The notes under the pieces were generated by a model that was not told where the DNA came from, did not search any database, and was given only the letters and a program-made list of their open reading frames with translations. DNA of 64,000 bases from Paraspadella gotoi (taxonomy: Eukaryota > Animalia > Chaetognatha). Positions 1 through 31,575 of the stretch are shown piece after piece. How positions within the stretch are numbered: position 1 is the first letter of the stretch; the number at the start of each line of letters is the position of its first letter. Location: NCBI GenBank assembly GCA_051294375.1, contig CM119264.1, positions 21,184,645 to 21,248,644 on the forward strand, given 5' to 3'. The position numbers and the translations under genes are program-made.

Positions 1-1631
1 CTCTCTCTCTATCCATCCCTCCTCGAGTTTTCCAATCTCCTTTATTTTTATTCTCCCAGCGACTCGAATTTTTTTCCCGTTTTTTTAAATTTCCCATAAA
101 CAAAAGAATTTAAAATTTCTATTTTTTTCCTCTTTGTAATTTCGGAAAGAATACATTTGCCAAGTAATTCGTTTTAATCCTTCTTCATTCGTTTGTTCGT
201 TCCCCATATAAAGTCATGGGTTCTTTGTAGGGGATTCCCTCCCATATTTTTCCCTCTTCCAACAGCCGCCATTTTCATTTCGGCGTTAGTTCCACTTCGT
301 CCGTTTTATTGGACTCCATTATTTGCTCGGTTTAAATCTTCGCCATTTCACTGATTGCTTTTCACCTTTCGCCCCCCCCCCCACGGCTTTCAGTCGCTCG
401 CGGATCTGCGGCGTTCGCCCTCGTGGGAAAGAGAGAGAGCGAAAAAAAGTACATTGTAAATTTCGAATTTAATCTCGTTCCCTCTTAAATTGAATCGTTT
501 TTCAACTAATTAGCTGAGCTACGAATTGCTCGAATCAGACTACGAAAGACGCCGTTCTCTCGCCGTCGGCGTTCACGCTTCAACGACCGTTTGGAATGGA
601 ATGGAAATCGAGTAGTTGCGCGGTCGAGCTGATGGATACTTTTGGCCACTGATGAAAAGGAAAGAAGTGAAATAATTACTTATACCTATAGACAGAGAAA
701 CAGGAAAGAAATTTTTGATTTTCAAGTGGTCATTATACCCGATATACTCAATATACTGAAATCAGAGCTGAAAGCAATTTTAATCATCAGGAAATAATTT
801 ACCAAGAAAAGAATACAAACAAACGAATGATAAATATAATTATATAGCTATACGTACAAGTAAGACAAAGATCAACTGCAGAAAGGAGAACCGTTGCTGC
901 TCACATGCATAAAAAAGATAAGCAATAAGAAACGGGAAGAGAACTTTCAAATCCGTGACGGCGATATCTTTTAATCTTATCAGGGAAAGAGATTTCCACT
1001 TCTTAAAAAAAAAAAAAAAAAACTAAAACAACGTCGTTCAAAGTTAACAGCTAATGAACCATGATGGTCAATAATTTAACTTTATTATTAGCTCGGGAGT
1101 TTGTAATATTTTCGCAGCCACTGCTGCGCGTTCCATTCCAGTTCTGCGAGTTTGCTCTCAACGCTTTACTACTGGCCACCAGGGTTTTGCCCCACCGCGT
1201 TGACACCCACTGCGCTGTCGCTTACCGCCCCAATGCGACCGTGACAAGGCCACAATGGGATCTGTTTAGCTAGTTAAGAGCAAGTATACACGGAGTGAAA
1301 ACGAATATATCTATGGGAAAAAAGTCTAAAAATTATTCTTGTATAAGTTAGTCGGCAACAAAAAAGAGGAAAAAAAGTCTTGGAAGCGTCGTCCAGCTCA
1401 CGAGTTTTACAGTAATTACAGTAATTCAGGCAATTCGACTTTGATAAGCAACTACTAATGACTAACGTTATAAGAACCTGAAATTATAAATAAATAATTT
1501 GTAAATTTTATTTATAAGCAGAAAAGAATTGTAAGTCTATATTTTATATTATAGTAGTATTAGTTTTTATTTTCAAACAGAAAACGGAGAGGTTATGGCA
1601 ACTCACTGTTGGCTTTGAGAGTTTCCGACAC

Positions 1632-2213
1632 TCAGTGACGCCTCCTGTTCGTGGCGCGGTTACCCGAGGACGTTCTAGTTTTGCCAACGAAGACTGTATA
1701 GAACGCAACGCTTGGGATTGTGCGTTCCCCCTCTGTGCCAATGGGATTGGCTGAACGATGGTGGATGTGAGGCGGTGGGAATATGTTTTCTAAATGAGTT
1801 CTCAAAAATGTCATCATCTTTCCCAGCAAGTTCTATTTACTGATGGATTGACGTCAGATAATCTCATTTAATAATGAATTCTGGAGGAAAAAAGAATTCG
1901 TACGTTTATGAATAATTTTGCGCTTGTGAGCGAGTATGCATGTGTCATATGTCTACACAGAAAAGCCACTGTTTTCAGATGATTATGTTGCGATCATCGT
2001 ACCGTCGGCATCGTTCTACGTCTTTTCTTTCATTAACAAAGTAGCAGGTAAACGCCCGCACCAGGCGGTACCGACCTTGCTGTCGCCGTATTCGTCTTCG
2101 TTGTCGTCGTCTTGCCTCACTTCGTCGTCCTCATCGTCGCCGTAGTCGTCACCGTCGGCTCCGTCGCCAGGTAGGAACGCTGACGTCAATCTCTTCCGGA
2201 AGTAAGGCTCCAT
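1632..2213 (-). CDS. Possible small spliced gene, divergent from the GPCR (acidic N-terminal exon 2213-2076, second exon from 1832)
   Basis: ATG at 2213 gives MEPYFRKRLTSAFLPGDGADGDDYGDDEDD...DSK, then donor AAG|GTCGGT at 2075 and an in-phase acceptor TAG|AAC at 1833/1832 (NLLGKMMTFLRTHLENIFPPPH...). No recognisable domain; 3' end uncertain. Confidence 0.35.
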
Positions 2214-2532
2214 TTTCGGCGTTTCGGATCGCGCCGCAGAAAAGAAGCCGCCTTTTCTCAAAACGGATTTACGAATTGATTAAAACAAAAAATTAGCCAT
2301 ACTTTGAATTTTTAACGAATAAAAAAGAATATTTCTAAAAGACGAGTTGACCCTGAGCTTATGCTAAAAACAACTAAAGAAAATGTAGAACGTCTCCTGT
2401 TTTTTTTTTAACATCCTCGCGAGAAATTTAAATAAAATCAATATAAAAACTATTGCTTTAAATTAATTGAATAATTAAATTAAATAAGCTCTTTAAAATA
2501 AAAATGCAAAGCGGCGGCCAATCCAAAGAACA

Positions 2533-19359
<16,827 letters not shown>

Positions 19360-19369
19360 GAATTAAAGA

Positions 19370-19432
19370 AAAGTAAAGTAAAGTAAAGTAAAGTAAAGTA
19401 AAGTAAAGTAAAGTAAAGTAAAGTAAAGTAAA
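19370..19432. repeat. (AAAGT)n pentanucleotide repeat in the GPCR 3' UTR
   Basis: Direct inspection. Confidence 0.9.
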
Positions 19433-20736
19433 GAGAAGAAAAGAACTAAAAAACCCTAAATTAAAGTGAAATGTAGAAATGTAGTAAATAAAAAAGATAA
19501 AACTTAAAAAAGTGAATTCTCGTAATAATAATTTTAAAACTGAAAAAAAAAGAAAGCGGAATTTGAGAATTTGAATATGGATATCAAACAAATTCTTTAT
19601 CTTCACAGTTTGTGATTTAAAATTTTTCCAAAAAGTTCGATTATGGCAACTTAGCAAACTCTTGCATTTTAAAATAGTTTTGAGTAAAATCAAAAAAATG
19701 CAAAGTGGAAATATTTTTCGTTTACAGTTTACTTTAAAAGACTGTCTTTCCACTTTCCTACTCAATCTTTCAGCTTTTTTAGTCTGGCTTTCAACTATTC
19801 ACTTTCGACTCTTTGAGCTTTTTCTCGTTTTCCCTCAGTCTCACTCTAATCGCCCCGTTCTACTTAGCGCACCTCGTTTTCGACTCAACCTTTTTTTGAC
19901 TCTCTCCTAATTTCGTTCTCTCTCTTTGAACTAATTTACTTTCTTCCCCATTGGCGGAGCGCGTATCGAAAAGGGACGGATCGGGCGCGCACTCGATTCC
20001 CCCGCAGCCGACGCCGCAAGCCGCAGCTGCCGCCCCTGTCTCAACTCGAAGCTGACTGCCATGCCTGACATTGCATTGACAGAGACGTCATGTTGATTAA
20101 ACTATGTGAATGCACGCACGCAGACCGGAGAGTTTGCATGATGATCTTTGATCAATCTCTATCCTTATTTAGACAACCGTGTTCTCGGTACATGGTAAAC
20201 ATAATAACGCACACAGCAATTTGAGAACCATTCGCGTCATTCAAATTTATCCTCAGAAATTTTAACCATGGGCCAACCTTCTTTGATCGACATTCCTTAT
20301 TTACATCGTTCCACCTTCGTTTGTCAAATATCTTAACAACTGACAAAAGTGACATGTACCTTCTCCTCGAAACTACCAGTTTTTAAGAACCTTAACTCCA
20401 AAGAAAGCTGAGTAACAACTAACGAGTAATCAAGTCGATTCTTTGTCCCCGGTTTCTATAATAGATACTTTATTTACTTGTGCAATGTGCATCTATAAAT
20501 AGTACTTGGTTGTACCAATTTCAGACATATATATTATTTTACATCTTTATTCAATTAGGTTTTTTGGGGTAAAAAAGTAAAACTGTTTTTTATATTGGAA
20601 AAACTACCTATAGATACAAATTAAATAGAAATAGCTCAAAACTGCAATAAACAATACAAAAAAGAAAAAAAAGTGATTTATATTTTTTCATTTGTTATTC
20701 CCTTATTCAGAAGTAATCGTCAGAGGTGCAAACCAT

Positions 20737-20838
<102 letters not shown>

Positions 20839-22521
20839 CTCTCTCCTCGCGATCTTTCGAAGTCTCTTTGCCTCGTTTCTAAATCGTGGCTTTTATTGGT
20901 TTGCGGTTTCTTTTAATCTAGAAAAACAAATGTGAAATCGTTGCTTGCGACACCAAAGAGTTTAAAGGGGGGAGAAGGGGGGCGTGAGAAGAAAAAAAAA
21001 TTCTAATCGAATTTAGAGAAAAAGAAAAACCGTTTTCACGGGTTTTTTCTTTTTTAATTTCCTTTGACATTTACCCAAAATTAAAAAAATAGAGAAAAAC
21101 TGCCGGATCTGCTCTCGATAATTAAGCCGTTGCTAAAACATTAATTTTTCTGACTGATTGGGGATTGATTGATTGATAAATTTACTCTATTGATTTATTG
21201 AAAAATTTTATACGATTTTCAAATGTTTTGATTGTTTTCATAAATTATTAATGATTAATGCTGTCTGTACTTTTTTTGTTTGTTTGTTTTTGTTTGTTCC
21301 TTTTTTATTTTTTATATATATTATTTTTTTTCTCTTTGCGAAATAAATATTATGCCCAAATCTAATGCGTGAATTACATACTTAATAGATATGACAACTC
21401 GATAAGGTATTAAGAAAAGAAATGAGGAAGATAAAACTAAAAAAAACGGATAAATGAAAAAGAGCAAAGAGGCCAAGTTAGGATGGAAAAGGAAGATCTG
21501 CAAGGAAAGTCGGATGGAGGAGGGAAACGGGATTTTCTGTTTGGGAAGTAGGATAGTGATGGAGGAAAGAAAAAGAGAGAAGTTTTCTGCCTATAATTGA
21601 GTACAAGTATAAGTATTCAATAAAACTTAAAAGTATGAGTCTTTTAAGGAAAATAGCCAAAAAGTCAAGAAAGGAAGTCAGAAAGTGAGGAGCCGGAGGA
21701 GAGACGAAAACGACTGAGAGAAAAATCTAATAGAGGAAATAGACAAGGAATAAAAAGGAAAGTCGGGCCAGCGGGGGAAACCCGATAGAAGGGAGAGGAA
21801 ATTCCGATAAAGAATTTGGTCGGTTCTGAGAAGAAACTTGTGTTTCTCTGTGGGCGAATCAGTAAGAGAGAGAAAAAAGCCAGCACAATAATTATTGAAA
21901 GGAAAGTCGTCGTCGTGGTCGTCGTCGTCGTCACGGTCGTCCTTGGAGATACGAGCGAATAAACAAACCCGGAACCCGAGGGTCAGCCGGCCATCGAAAA
22001 AAGTTGGACCAGTCGATAATAAGATGGGTGTTGCCTGACGCCTCCTATCTTGTCGCGAATATGTGGGGATCTTATATTTGTTTCTTTGTAACACCTTTAA
22101 AAAGATAAATCTAGAGAACGAATGAAGAATTTTTTAAAAAAGGTTTAGAATATGTAACTGACCTCGTAAAGAAGTAATTTTTTAACTAAAAAATTATAAT
22201 TTAATTTGCAGTTTGGGATTTTCAAAACCTTACCATTTTTTCCTTTCTGTGAAATCCGAATGGCCAATTAAAATTATCATTCGATTAAATCAATTTTTCA
22301 TTGAGTACAGAGTAAATCGACTAAAAAATATTTTATATTTTTGTACTTTATTGTTTAAAAAGAATTTTAATTAGAGGACTTTAAATACGATGTAAACTGC
22401 CTGTTTACTTATTTGTTGTTTGATAATATTTATTGCAAGAGAATCGTTGTGCTAAATTAACAGATTTGTACTTTTCTATAATAAAAAAGACTTTCTCCTT
22501 ATTTTTGGTTGTTTTTCTAGA

Positions 22522-22602
<81 letters not shown>

Positions 22603-24355
22603 GTTTTGCATTTTCGTCCAGATTCGAGACATAAATCGTCGCCCTTTGAGCAACCCGTAGCATCATCGAAAAAGTATGTGCCTCTCCCGATTTTCTCTCC
22701 CCTTTTTTTTCGATCTAATTTTTTTCCCCTTTTTTATATTTATTTCTTTTACGTCAGTCGAATTCTAAAAGCAATTTTCTATTTTGATTTTCCAAGCATT
22801 TTTTTCGTCTCTCCCCTTTGAAAAGAACAAAAATGGATTCGCAGACAAAAACTTCTAAAACCTCACGAATATTGCGGCAGCGTGTGACATAAAAAAAATG
22901 TTTTTTAATTTGTTAACACCGGTTGCCATAAAAACTGTTATTACAAGTATGGACTGCGTTGTGTAAATGCCAGCCAAATTAAAAAATTTGACGAACAATC
23001 TAGCTGAGGTCCTTGAATCTCTTTATTGATTAAATTTGAAAAAAAAAAAATAGAGCTAGAAAACTAGCAAACCGATCACGAGGAAATATTTGGTAACTTT
23101 TGGAATCTTATCATTGTTTTGTGTATTGGGGGATTTTTGACCTGATATACCGTCATTTAAGCTAATCTACCTCCGCGAAGCCTAAAATCCGTTTACATAA
23201 CAAGGTTATCGCCTCCTCTTATGAAAATCACCCTGTCCATTACCGGAATATTTTTTCCATCACGAGATTATCACCTCCAGTTTAGTGCCTCGCATCGTTT
23301 TATTTTTTTTCACCAACCGCTTTTTTTTCGGACAATTTGTGTTGACGTCCGTTGCTTTCTGTTTTCCCAATCACCAGCCTTTGACTCTAGAGTCTATATA
23401 TATAATATATAATATAATATAATATAATATAATATATCTCTTTATTTAGGTTCGTTTAAAGTTTCATTTTATTTATTATTAAAAAAGTTTTTATTTTTCT
23501 AAATTTTTGCATAATCGTGAGTACATCAATGCAGTTGGTAAAATCAATATGATGTTATACTAATAGCTTTACTTCATCGGAAAACCCTTTCAGAATCTCT
23601 TCATCCCTTCAGAAACGCGACCTGATTTTTGTCAAATCACTATTATCGCCAAAATCATCGCAAAATAAAACTCACTCAATTTTCATTTCGGCTCTATCCC
23701 AAATCTTGAATTTGTTCAGTGCTCACAAACTCACGATCCCCACTCTGCCACGATCACCCGGGAACGATCACCCCTAAATCTTTGCGGCGTCAGGGGTCTG
23801 GCTAAGGGCGGCGGCGGGGTGGCACGCGAAGAAGAAGAAGGAAAGAAGAAAGAAAAAAAGGAAGAGGAGAAAAGATCAGAAGAAGACGAAGGAATTTAAA
23901 GCTAAGCTGAGGAGAAAGAGAGAAGAAGAAATTTGATGGTCGAAGGGAAATCGCGAATACAAATGAAGAGGAGACGCGCGGCGACTTTGGAAGGAGATTA
24001 TGAGATGGAACATATTTTTTGATTCGTCGAGATGAGGAAATATACAAGATGGGATCGACCGCTGGACGCGTGGAACATCATTCGGCGCTGTCCGTGTCAT
24101 TATCTCGTCGTCCGAGTCATCACCGCCGGCGACTTTTGGGATAACTTTATTTTTTTCATTTGTAACTTATTGGGTCGTTTTTGGCGGTTTTAGATGCTGT
24201 TAAATACTTTTAAATATTATAGAATTTATATATTATAACTTATGCAATACATAAATGAATTGAAAAAAATAAAACGATTAAAATTTTAATTCATGTATTC
24301 TTTTTCTTTATCAGCCAATACTAAATGCAACGGATAAAATTTATTCATCGGCCTT

Positions 24356-24890
24356 TGAAGCGCTTCTTAACGTGCGACCTAGATAATCCGGGATTATCGC
24401 AAATAAAACAAATCTAAGTTTCATCTCTATTCTTCTAGAGTGCCCTAATTTGTGCCCTAATTAATTATTTAATCCATGTTCAACTGCTCTCAAATAAATA
24501 TCTTTGGAAACCAAACAGTTCTAACATGTAAAACACCTTAACTATAACCTTATATTCTTAGAACCATGTAATAAAGCAGAAATAGTAACCACATTTTGCG
24601 ATAACACAATTTCTAATCTCAGGTACAAATATTCATGGTAAGTAGACAATAAACCAAGGCAATGGTGAATGGATGGTAGAAGAAGATGAAGGTTATAGTT
24701 AAGGTGTTTTACATGTTAGAACTGTTTGGTTTCTATAGATATTTATTTGAGAGCAGTTTAACACGAATTTGAATTCAATAATTAATTAGGGCACAAATTA
24801 GGGCACTCTAGAAGAATAGAGATGAAACTTAGATTTATTTTATTTGCGATAATCTCGGATTATCTAGGTCGCGCGTTAAGAAGCGCTTCA
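24356..24890. mobile_element. MITE/foldback-like element with ~195-bp inverted arms
   Basis: 24356-24550 is the near-perfect reverse complement of 24689-24890; ~140-bp spacer; no clear TSD. Confidence 0.8.
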
Positions 24891-25474
24891 GTTTAAAACT
24901 TCAATTTGGGTTCCAGAATAGAGAATAAAACATTGGCAGTAAAGTTACAAAACATTATTTTAAAGTATTTTCCATTTCATTTTACACAGCCTTTCTTAAC
25001 TTCAACCTTACTATCATATCGACGTTTAAAGGAAGCATCATCATCATCATCATCTTTACCCGATTTTGTCATGAACGCGGAATTAGAACAAAAAAAAAAA
25101 GATTTCTCGTCGAATCCTGATTGAATGCGTCCGATCAATTCGTGGCCTTGATAGTCGCAGGTAGGTGACACTCGCTCTTAAGTCTTAATATTCTAAAGCA
25201 TATTTTATTTATTCCTCTTGATAAAATCTATCTATTCAACAAATCTTTCAAACATGATTATGTTTGTTTATTTCTGAGCGTTACAATTAGTAAAAAATGG
25301 ATTAAAATACAGACTATATTATAGATTATTCAGAAATTGTGGACGCAATTCGTCCACAAAATCATCATTTTTTTAAAAAAATTCATACGTTTGCCTTTAT
25401 TTTTTTTTATGTTTTCCTGTTATCGTTTCTGGATGAGAAAAGTAGAAAAATCCTCCCTTTACATTCTCTTTCTA

Positions 25475-25554
<80 letters not shown>

Positions 25555-26055
25555 TCTAAGTCATCTCTCTATCTCACTCTCCCAACTTTCTCTAACTCAT
25601 CTCTTCTCTCTATCTCTTACTATTTGCGCTAAGTCTTGTTCTCCCTTCCATCTTCCCCGGGGCGCCGCGCCGCTCGGGAATCGCGCCAACCGCCGCCCTC
25701 GAGGGCCGCGACCCTCCGCGTTCCCTTCCTTTCTCCTTACCCTCTTTCCTTTCTCCTCCACTTCCCCCATTCTTTGTGTCTCTACCGCCCTTACCCTTCA
25801 AACCTGTTGGTGATATAAACCTCACTTTTTGCTGGGCAGTCTTTTCACAAATCGCCCGCGAACTCGAATCTCCACTGTCGACCTCTCATCCACTCCCGGC
25901 CCCCACCACCGCAAGGTTCGACCAACTTTTCCTCACAAATGTCCCACATCACTCCAATACCGCCTACCCCTAGGGGTTAAAACTGCGCCGTGAAGGGGAG
26001 ATTATGATTCTGCAGGGGGAACAGTGACATTTAGAAAAATGGAGAAAAGAATGGA

Positions 26056-26104
<49 letters not shown>

Positions 26105-26328
26105 AAAAAAGAACTGTGTTAGTATGAGGCCAGGTCGACGTAATTCGTTACCTACATAATTTTCTGAATTACGGTTTGTGGTAAAATTTACATTTTTGTG
26201 ATGAGATGAGTGACTCTGGTTAAAACTCTGCAGAAAAAACGTGTGCCAGATAGCGCCCTAAATTATGCTAAAAATGCCTCGATTTTTTTTTAGTATTGAA
26301 GTGACAGTAATTATTGATATGAAGAGAC

Positions 26329-26551
26329 AGTAATTATAAATATGTGTTAGTGACAGAACCGTTCAATATAAGCAGTCCCTGAGCTTCGGATCAGGCTGTA
26401 ACACTATGTTACAGGCGGGTTAAGCGCCCCGTCCCTCTTAACTTCCAGACGGCCACCGGGCTAGAACCCCGGACCTTTGGGTTGGGAGGCGAATGACTTG
26501 CCTCCGGCACCAATGGCCGCTGATGAACGGTTGGTGGATTTTAGTCCACCA
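26329..26551 (-). mobile_element. SINE-like structured repeat, copy 3 (5'-truncated, 3' tail partly tandem-duplicated)
   Basis: Reverse complement of ~16805-17036; the tail tgaagtgacagtaattatt is repeated just outside at ~26297. Confidence 0.75.
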
Positions 26552-27636
26552 TAGTATGCTAAATATTATGCCAAATTATCTTTTAGCTAATTTATTGCAA
26601 AACTGTTACAAGAGTAAAGAGAAATGATTATTATTAGAGCCTATTAAAAATTATTTAGACATACAAACAAAAAAAGACGAAAAAAATTAGACTTTTTGTG
26701 AATTACTTAATGCTTAATGCTTAAGAGGAAGGGTCATTCAGCATAACAATGCGTAATCATTGATGTTTACATAAAAAAATATATTATAGCCATCAGTAAT
26801 CACAAAAAAAATAAGTTTTTATTTATATATGAACATTCTGTTTTCAATAATTTTTTAAAAATCGGTAAATAACAAAACTGTCAAGTTAAATCGATAAGAA
26901 TATTTTTTAAAGATTTGTTTTTCAATTTGGTTATTAAAAAAATTTAGGTAAGAAGTTAAAACACAGTAAAGGGAAATTTAGAAGGGGAGAATTAAACAAT
27001 TAATCTTGTTACTCTGTTGGTTTTCCAGTCATGAACAAAATCTTCAGTTAAAAAGATGGTAAAGAATTTTGAGCTACAATGAATCTACACTGAATTTAAA
27101 GAGTTGCAGCCTAAACGACTACAATAATATTAATTTAAAAATTTGATTAGCAATCTTAAAAACAATTTTTAAAATGTAATAGAGAGACATTTTGATAAAC
27201 GCGTTCCAGTTAATAAGAATTAAGGGTTAAAGTTTAAAAATGTTTCATTTTCAAGGATACAAGTTGAAATTTAAAAATGTCTCTTTATTACATTTTTCGA
27301 ATTCACTAATAAACTATTCATAAAAAATATCAGATGGATTGGCCTTTTCGTTTGACCTGCAACTCTTCAGATAGGTTTCTTTTATTTTATATTATAATTA
27401 AAACGATATAAAATGGTGTAAAATGTATCAAATGTTTAATGTTCGGAATCGCCAGGAGCTCAGCTTTTTGAATCTGTACTCGATTTTGGCCTATTTTGAA
27501 GTTGATTTGAATGACCATTTTTCTTAAGCGATGAGCCATATAACCAGTCAAGTCCTGTAAAAGGTGTTTTGCAGCAGTAATTTTTAAACAGATCAACTAA
27601 CCAACAATTTTGCACTTGTAAAGTTGCTTTAAAATG

Positions 27637-27649
27637 CTATTACTATTAC

Positions 27650-27720
<71 letters not shown>
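27637..27720. repeat. (ATT)n microsatellite; similar (AAT)n at 48255-48455 and (GAT)n at 46385-46570
   Basis: Direct inspection. Confidence 0.95.
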
Positions 27721-28109
27721 GCATCTCACAGGAAAATTGGTATCAACCAAATACTTTGGCTTTATTGTATAAATGCTCGCAATCCGTTCCTGGTCTCAAA
27801 TAATTGTAATGGGAATTAACATGATTGTTATCAAAGAAATAAATAATAAAATAAACAGATTTACATTGCCAGAGGAAGTGTTTTTCATACTCTGTCCAAT
27901 GCTGTAGATCGAAAAACCTTAAATTTTTTTCACATTTTGAATATGCCAGATTGTATGCTATATGCCAGATCATTTTTTTACTGGCCAGATATGGCACACA
28001 GTATGCTAAGTTTTAACCAGAGAAGAGTGACCCCGCGGTTAGACTAAATAAAAGAGTGGGAAGCATTAAAGACGGTTTCTTTTCTTTGTCACCTCGAAGT
28101 ATATATAGT

Positions 28110-28985
28110 AAGGCAAGCCGAAATTTAACATTTTATATATCTTCTAATTCTCTCAAAAAAATTTATTTTTTCCTTCTATTACTAAATCGATTTTCAATGC
28201 AACTTTTTGAATTAGTTCATTGGGTTATTTATTAATATGAAATTGGTACAACCAATATAAATATTATCCATGGTCATTTAATAAAATAAGCTATTTGCCC
28301 CTGACTTTGGACAGGCTTTGGTGGTTTAAGGCCTCCATCACTCTTACAAGAAAATTACATAGCAGGTCCCTGCAAGCTTTCAATCAAGACTCTCTCACAG
28401 TCCCGTTTATTCACTCCCAGAGTACCTGGCTTCCCTATCAATGAAGTGGAAAATATTTCAAAGAATGTTTCAATTGCATGAAAAGACCACTCCTTAAGTA
28501 TTAGATCGGGAATACTTATATTTATATAACAATGACAAAAAAATTTTTTTTAAAAAATTATTTTTTAAGAACGGATTCTTATAGAGCTTGAAAAGTTAAA
28601 TGAAAGTTAGTACTACTACAATTTTTTAAAATTTTGACAAGAAATTGGTTAAAAACAAAAAAAAACGTTAAAAAATATCATCATCATCATCATTGGCTGA
28701 ATTTTATGGTTTTTTAACCAATAAAACAAAAAAATTTAAAAAATTTGTATTAATAACCTTTATCTAAACTTTTAAAGCTCTATCAGAATCTATCAAAAAA
28801 TATTGACAAATTCAAAAAAACTTTATATATTAATAAAATAATCTTTAAAGGCTTCCGTGCGCTTTATTAATTAAATATTTTTTTAAAATTATTTTTATTT
28901 TCATATTCTCTAACAGTCACTTTACCATTATTTATTTGAGAGAACTTCTACTAGTTCTAGTTTTCAACCTGTTCCGGCCTAATAT
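28110..28985 (+). repeat. AT-rich dispersed repeat; a split, partly inverted copy lies at 10170-10515 (+) and 11840-12155 (-)
   Basis: Shared blocks aaatcgattttcaatg...gaattagttcattggg, agaacggattc...gcttgaaaagttaaatgaa, and inverted ttaataacctttatctaa...gagagaactt. Confidence 0.75.
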
Positions 28986-29697
28986 ATAGCAGGTGTTGGC
29001 CAGTTGCTAAACAGTTGAGTTTTCAATAAAAAATAGAGAAAAAAATAGAATAAGTTAGTAAAAATATAAAAAAGTTAGGAAGAAAAAAAAGATAAAAAAA
29101 CGAAACTATTAACAATGTATTAAAATAGAAGAAAAATTAAGAAGAAAGAAAAAAAATAATCAAAAAAATAAGGAAAAAAAAGGAAAGAAAAGAAAAAGAT
29201 AGATAAAAAAAGAAAAGAAAAGAAAAGGATAGGAAAAAAAGGAAACTAATGAAAAGAAAAGAGAAGGGGTATCGCCCCCCCCAAAAAAATAAAGGGCAGC
29301 GAATACTCTGAGCGCAAAGACGTGGGGGAGGGGGGGGGGGTAGCCGGCCGCCCGCGAGAAACGAGGGAGAAGGAAATCAAGAAAGTTCGTTTTTGATGTG
29401 AAAATCTGCCAGAATGAAATTTTCAACTTTGGATATTTTCAATTTTTCGCCTTCCGTCCCGACTTTCCAGCGAACTTCCGGTTCTGGCTTTTCCCACATT
29501 TTTCAAACCGCGCGACGAATCAGTTTTACTCTCCTTACTCTCCTTATTCTCCTTTACCTCCCTCGCTCCTTTCTTTCCTTCGCTCCTTTTTTCTCGCTAC
29601 GCTTCCATGCTCTCCCATCCTCCCATTTTCTCCTTCTTGTCGCACGATCGCTTTTATGCGCATGTGCGAACGTGCGTGCGACGCGATAGAACCTATT

Positions 29698-29813
<116 letters not shown>

Positions 29814-30766
29814 GACAATTTTTATCCCCACGGCGATATCTCTTGTCCCATCGCTTCTTTAGGTTTCTTAATCAAAATTCATTTGATTGCATTCCCCTTT
29901 CAACCGCACTTGTGGAGAATTTTTTTTTCTTTTTCCTTATCTTAAAATTTATTTTATTTAAGTCGAAACTTCGGCGACGGCATGTATTGGCATTTGACAA
30001 TTAAACTTTTTTATATCATGTGTCAACAAAACTAAACAAATTTTTATTATGACTCAAAATATGACCATCTCGATAAAGAAAAATTCATGTTTATTAAAGA
30101 CAGAATTTTTACGTGATTTATCTAGAAACGGATGGAAAATTTTACTATCGTCGAGGGATGTTCAATGAAAACCCCCGCTTTCTCCACTCTTCTTGTGTCT
30201 GCCCAACCCTTTCTTTAATCCCCCTTACCTCGCCAATCCTCACCCGAGACGCGCCTCTCAGCGGTCTCCCGCCGGCGTCCGCGCGCGGCGGCGAGGGAGG
30301 GTCATGCATATTCAGCGCGGCGATCTCGTCGCCGATCTCGCTCGGTCGCACCCGCTCCCCGGCGCGAAGCCTCCACGCCTCGACGCCTTGATAAACGGAG
30401 ATGGGAGATGAAGAAAAAAAAAGAGAGAGACGAGCGAAGGAAAAAAAATCGAATTAATGGCGGAAAATTGGTTTCGGAATGCGACGACATCGTCGTCGTT
30501 GTTGTCGTTTTCGATTGGAGACCGTGGCGACGTCACTGGACGAAGTTGGCGTCGATAGGACTCGAACCCGGAACCTGTTGGGTGACGTCGGCATCGTCAT
30601 TCCCGATCCCGGTCATCATTAATTTGAGTCATAAGATTTAGTTAAATATATGTGAGTTTGTTCAACGAATTTATTTTCCAAGATACAAAGTTTATTCTTT
30701 TAATAGATGCTTTCGAATTTAATTTGTTTTTTATTTTTCTGTATGGGATCTTTGAAGTAGGACCAA

Positions 30767-30807
<41 letters not shown>

Positions 30808-30950
30808 TTTTTCTTTCTTTTTTCTTTCTCTGAACCTATCTTTAAATGTATTCTATCCGTTTCCATTTTTTGGTTGTTTTTTATTCCTTGATGCTTTTTT
30901 ATTTATTTTTACGTTTTGATTGAAGGTTGCGTTACTAGTGAAAAGTTTAA

Positions 30951-31010
<60 letters not shown>

Positions 31011-31014
31011 TTCC

Positions 31015-31061
<47 letters not shown>

Positions 31062-31144
31062 TCTTCTCTCTCTCTTTCTCTCTCTCTCTTTCTCTCTTCT
31101 CTCTTCTCTCTTTCTCTTTCTCTCTCTCTCTCTCTCTTTCTCGC

Positions 31145-31272
31145 TTTCCCACTCACTCTCTCAATTTACAAACATTAGTTTACATCTTTCTTCTCTCTCT
31201 CTCTCTCTCCTCTTTCCACTCACTCTCTCAATCTCTCTCACTTCCACCCCAATTTACAAAACATTAGTTTAA

Positions 31273-31330
<58 letters not shown>

Positions 31331-31383
31331 CTCACTCTCTCCATCCTCTCTCACTTCCACCCCCAATTTACAAAACATTAGTT

Positions 31384-31437
<54 letters not shown>

Positions 31438-31477
31438 CTCACTCTCTCAATCTCTCTCACTTCCACCCCCAATTTTA

Positions 31478-31520
<43 letters not shown>

Positions 31521-31575
31521 CTCACTCTCTCAATCTCTCTCACTTCCACCCCCAATTTACAAAACATTAGTTTCT
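31145..31575. repeat. Compound tandem repeat: ~60-bp unit interleaved with (CT)n
   Basis: ttcccactcactctctcaatctctctcacttccacccc(c)aatttacaaaacattagttt recurs 4-5 times. Confidence 0.85.

Noticed and set aside
26518-26551. CTGATGA plus hairpin as a third hammerhead
   Set aside because: No GAAA follows the hairpin, so the core is incomplete.
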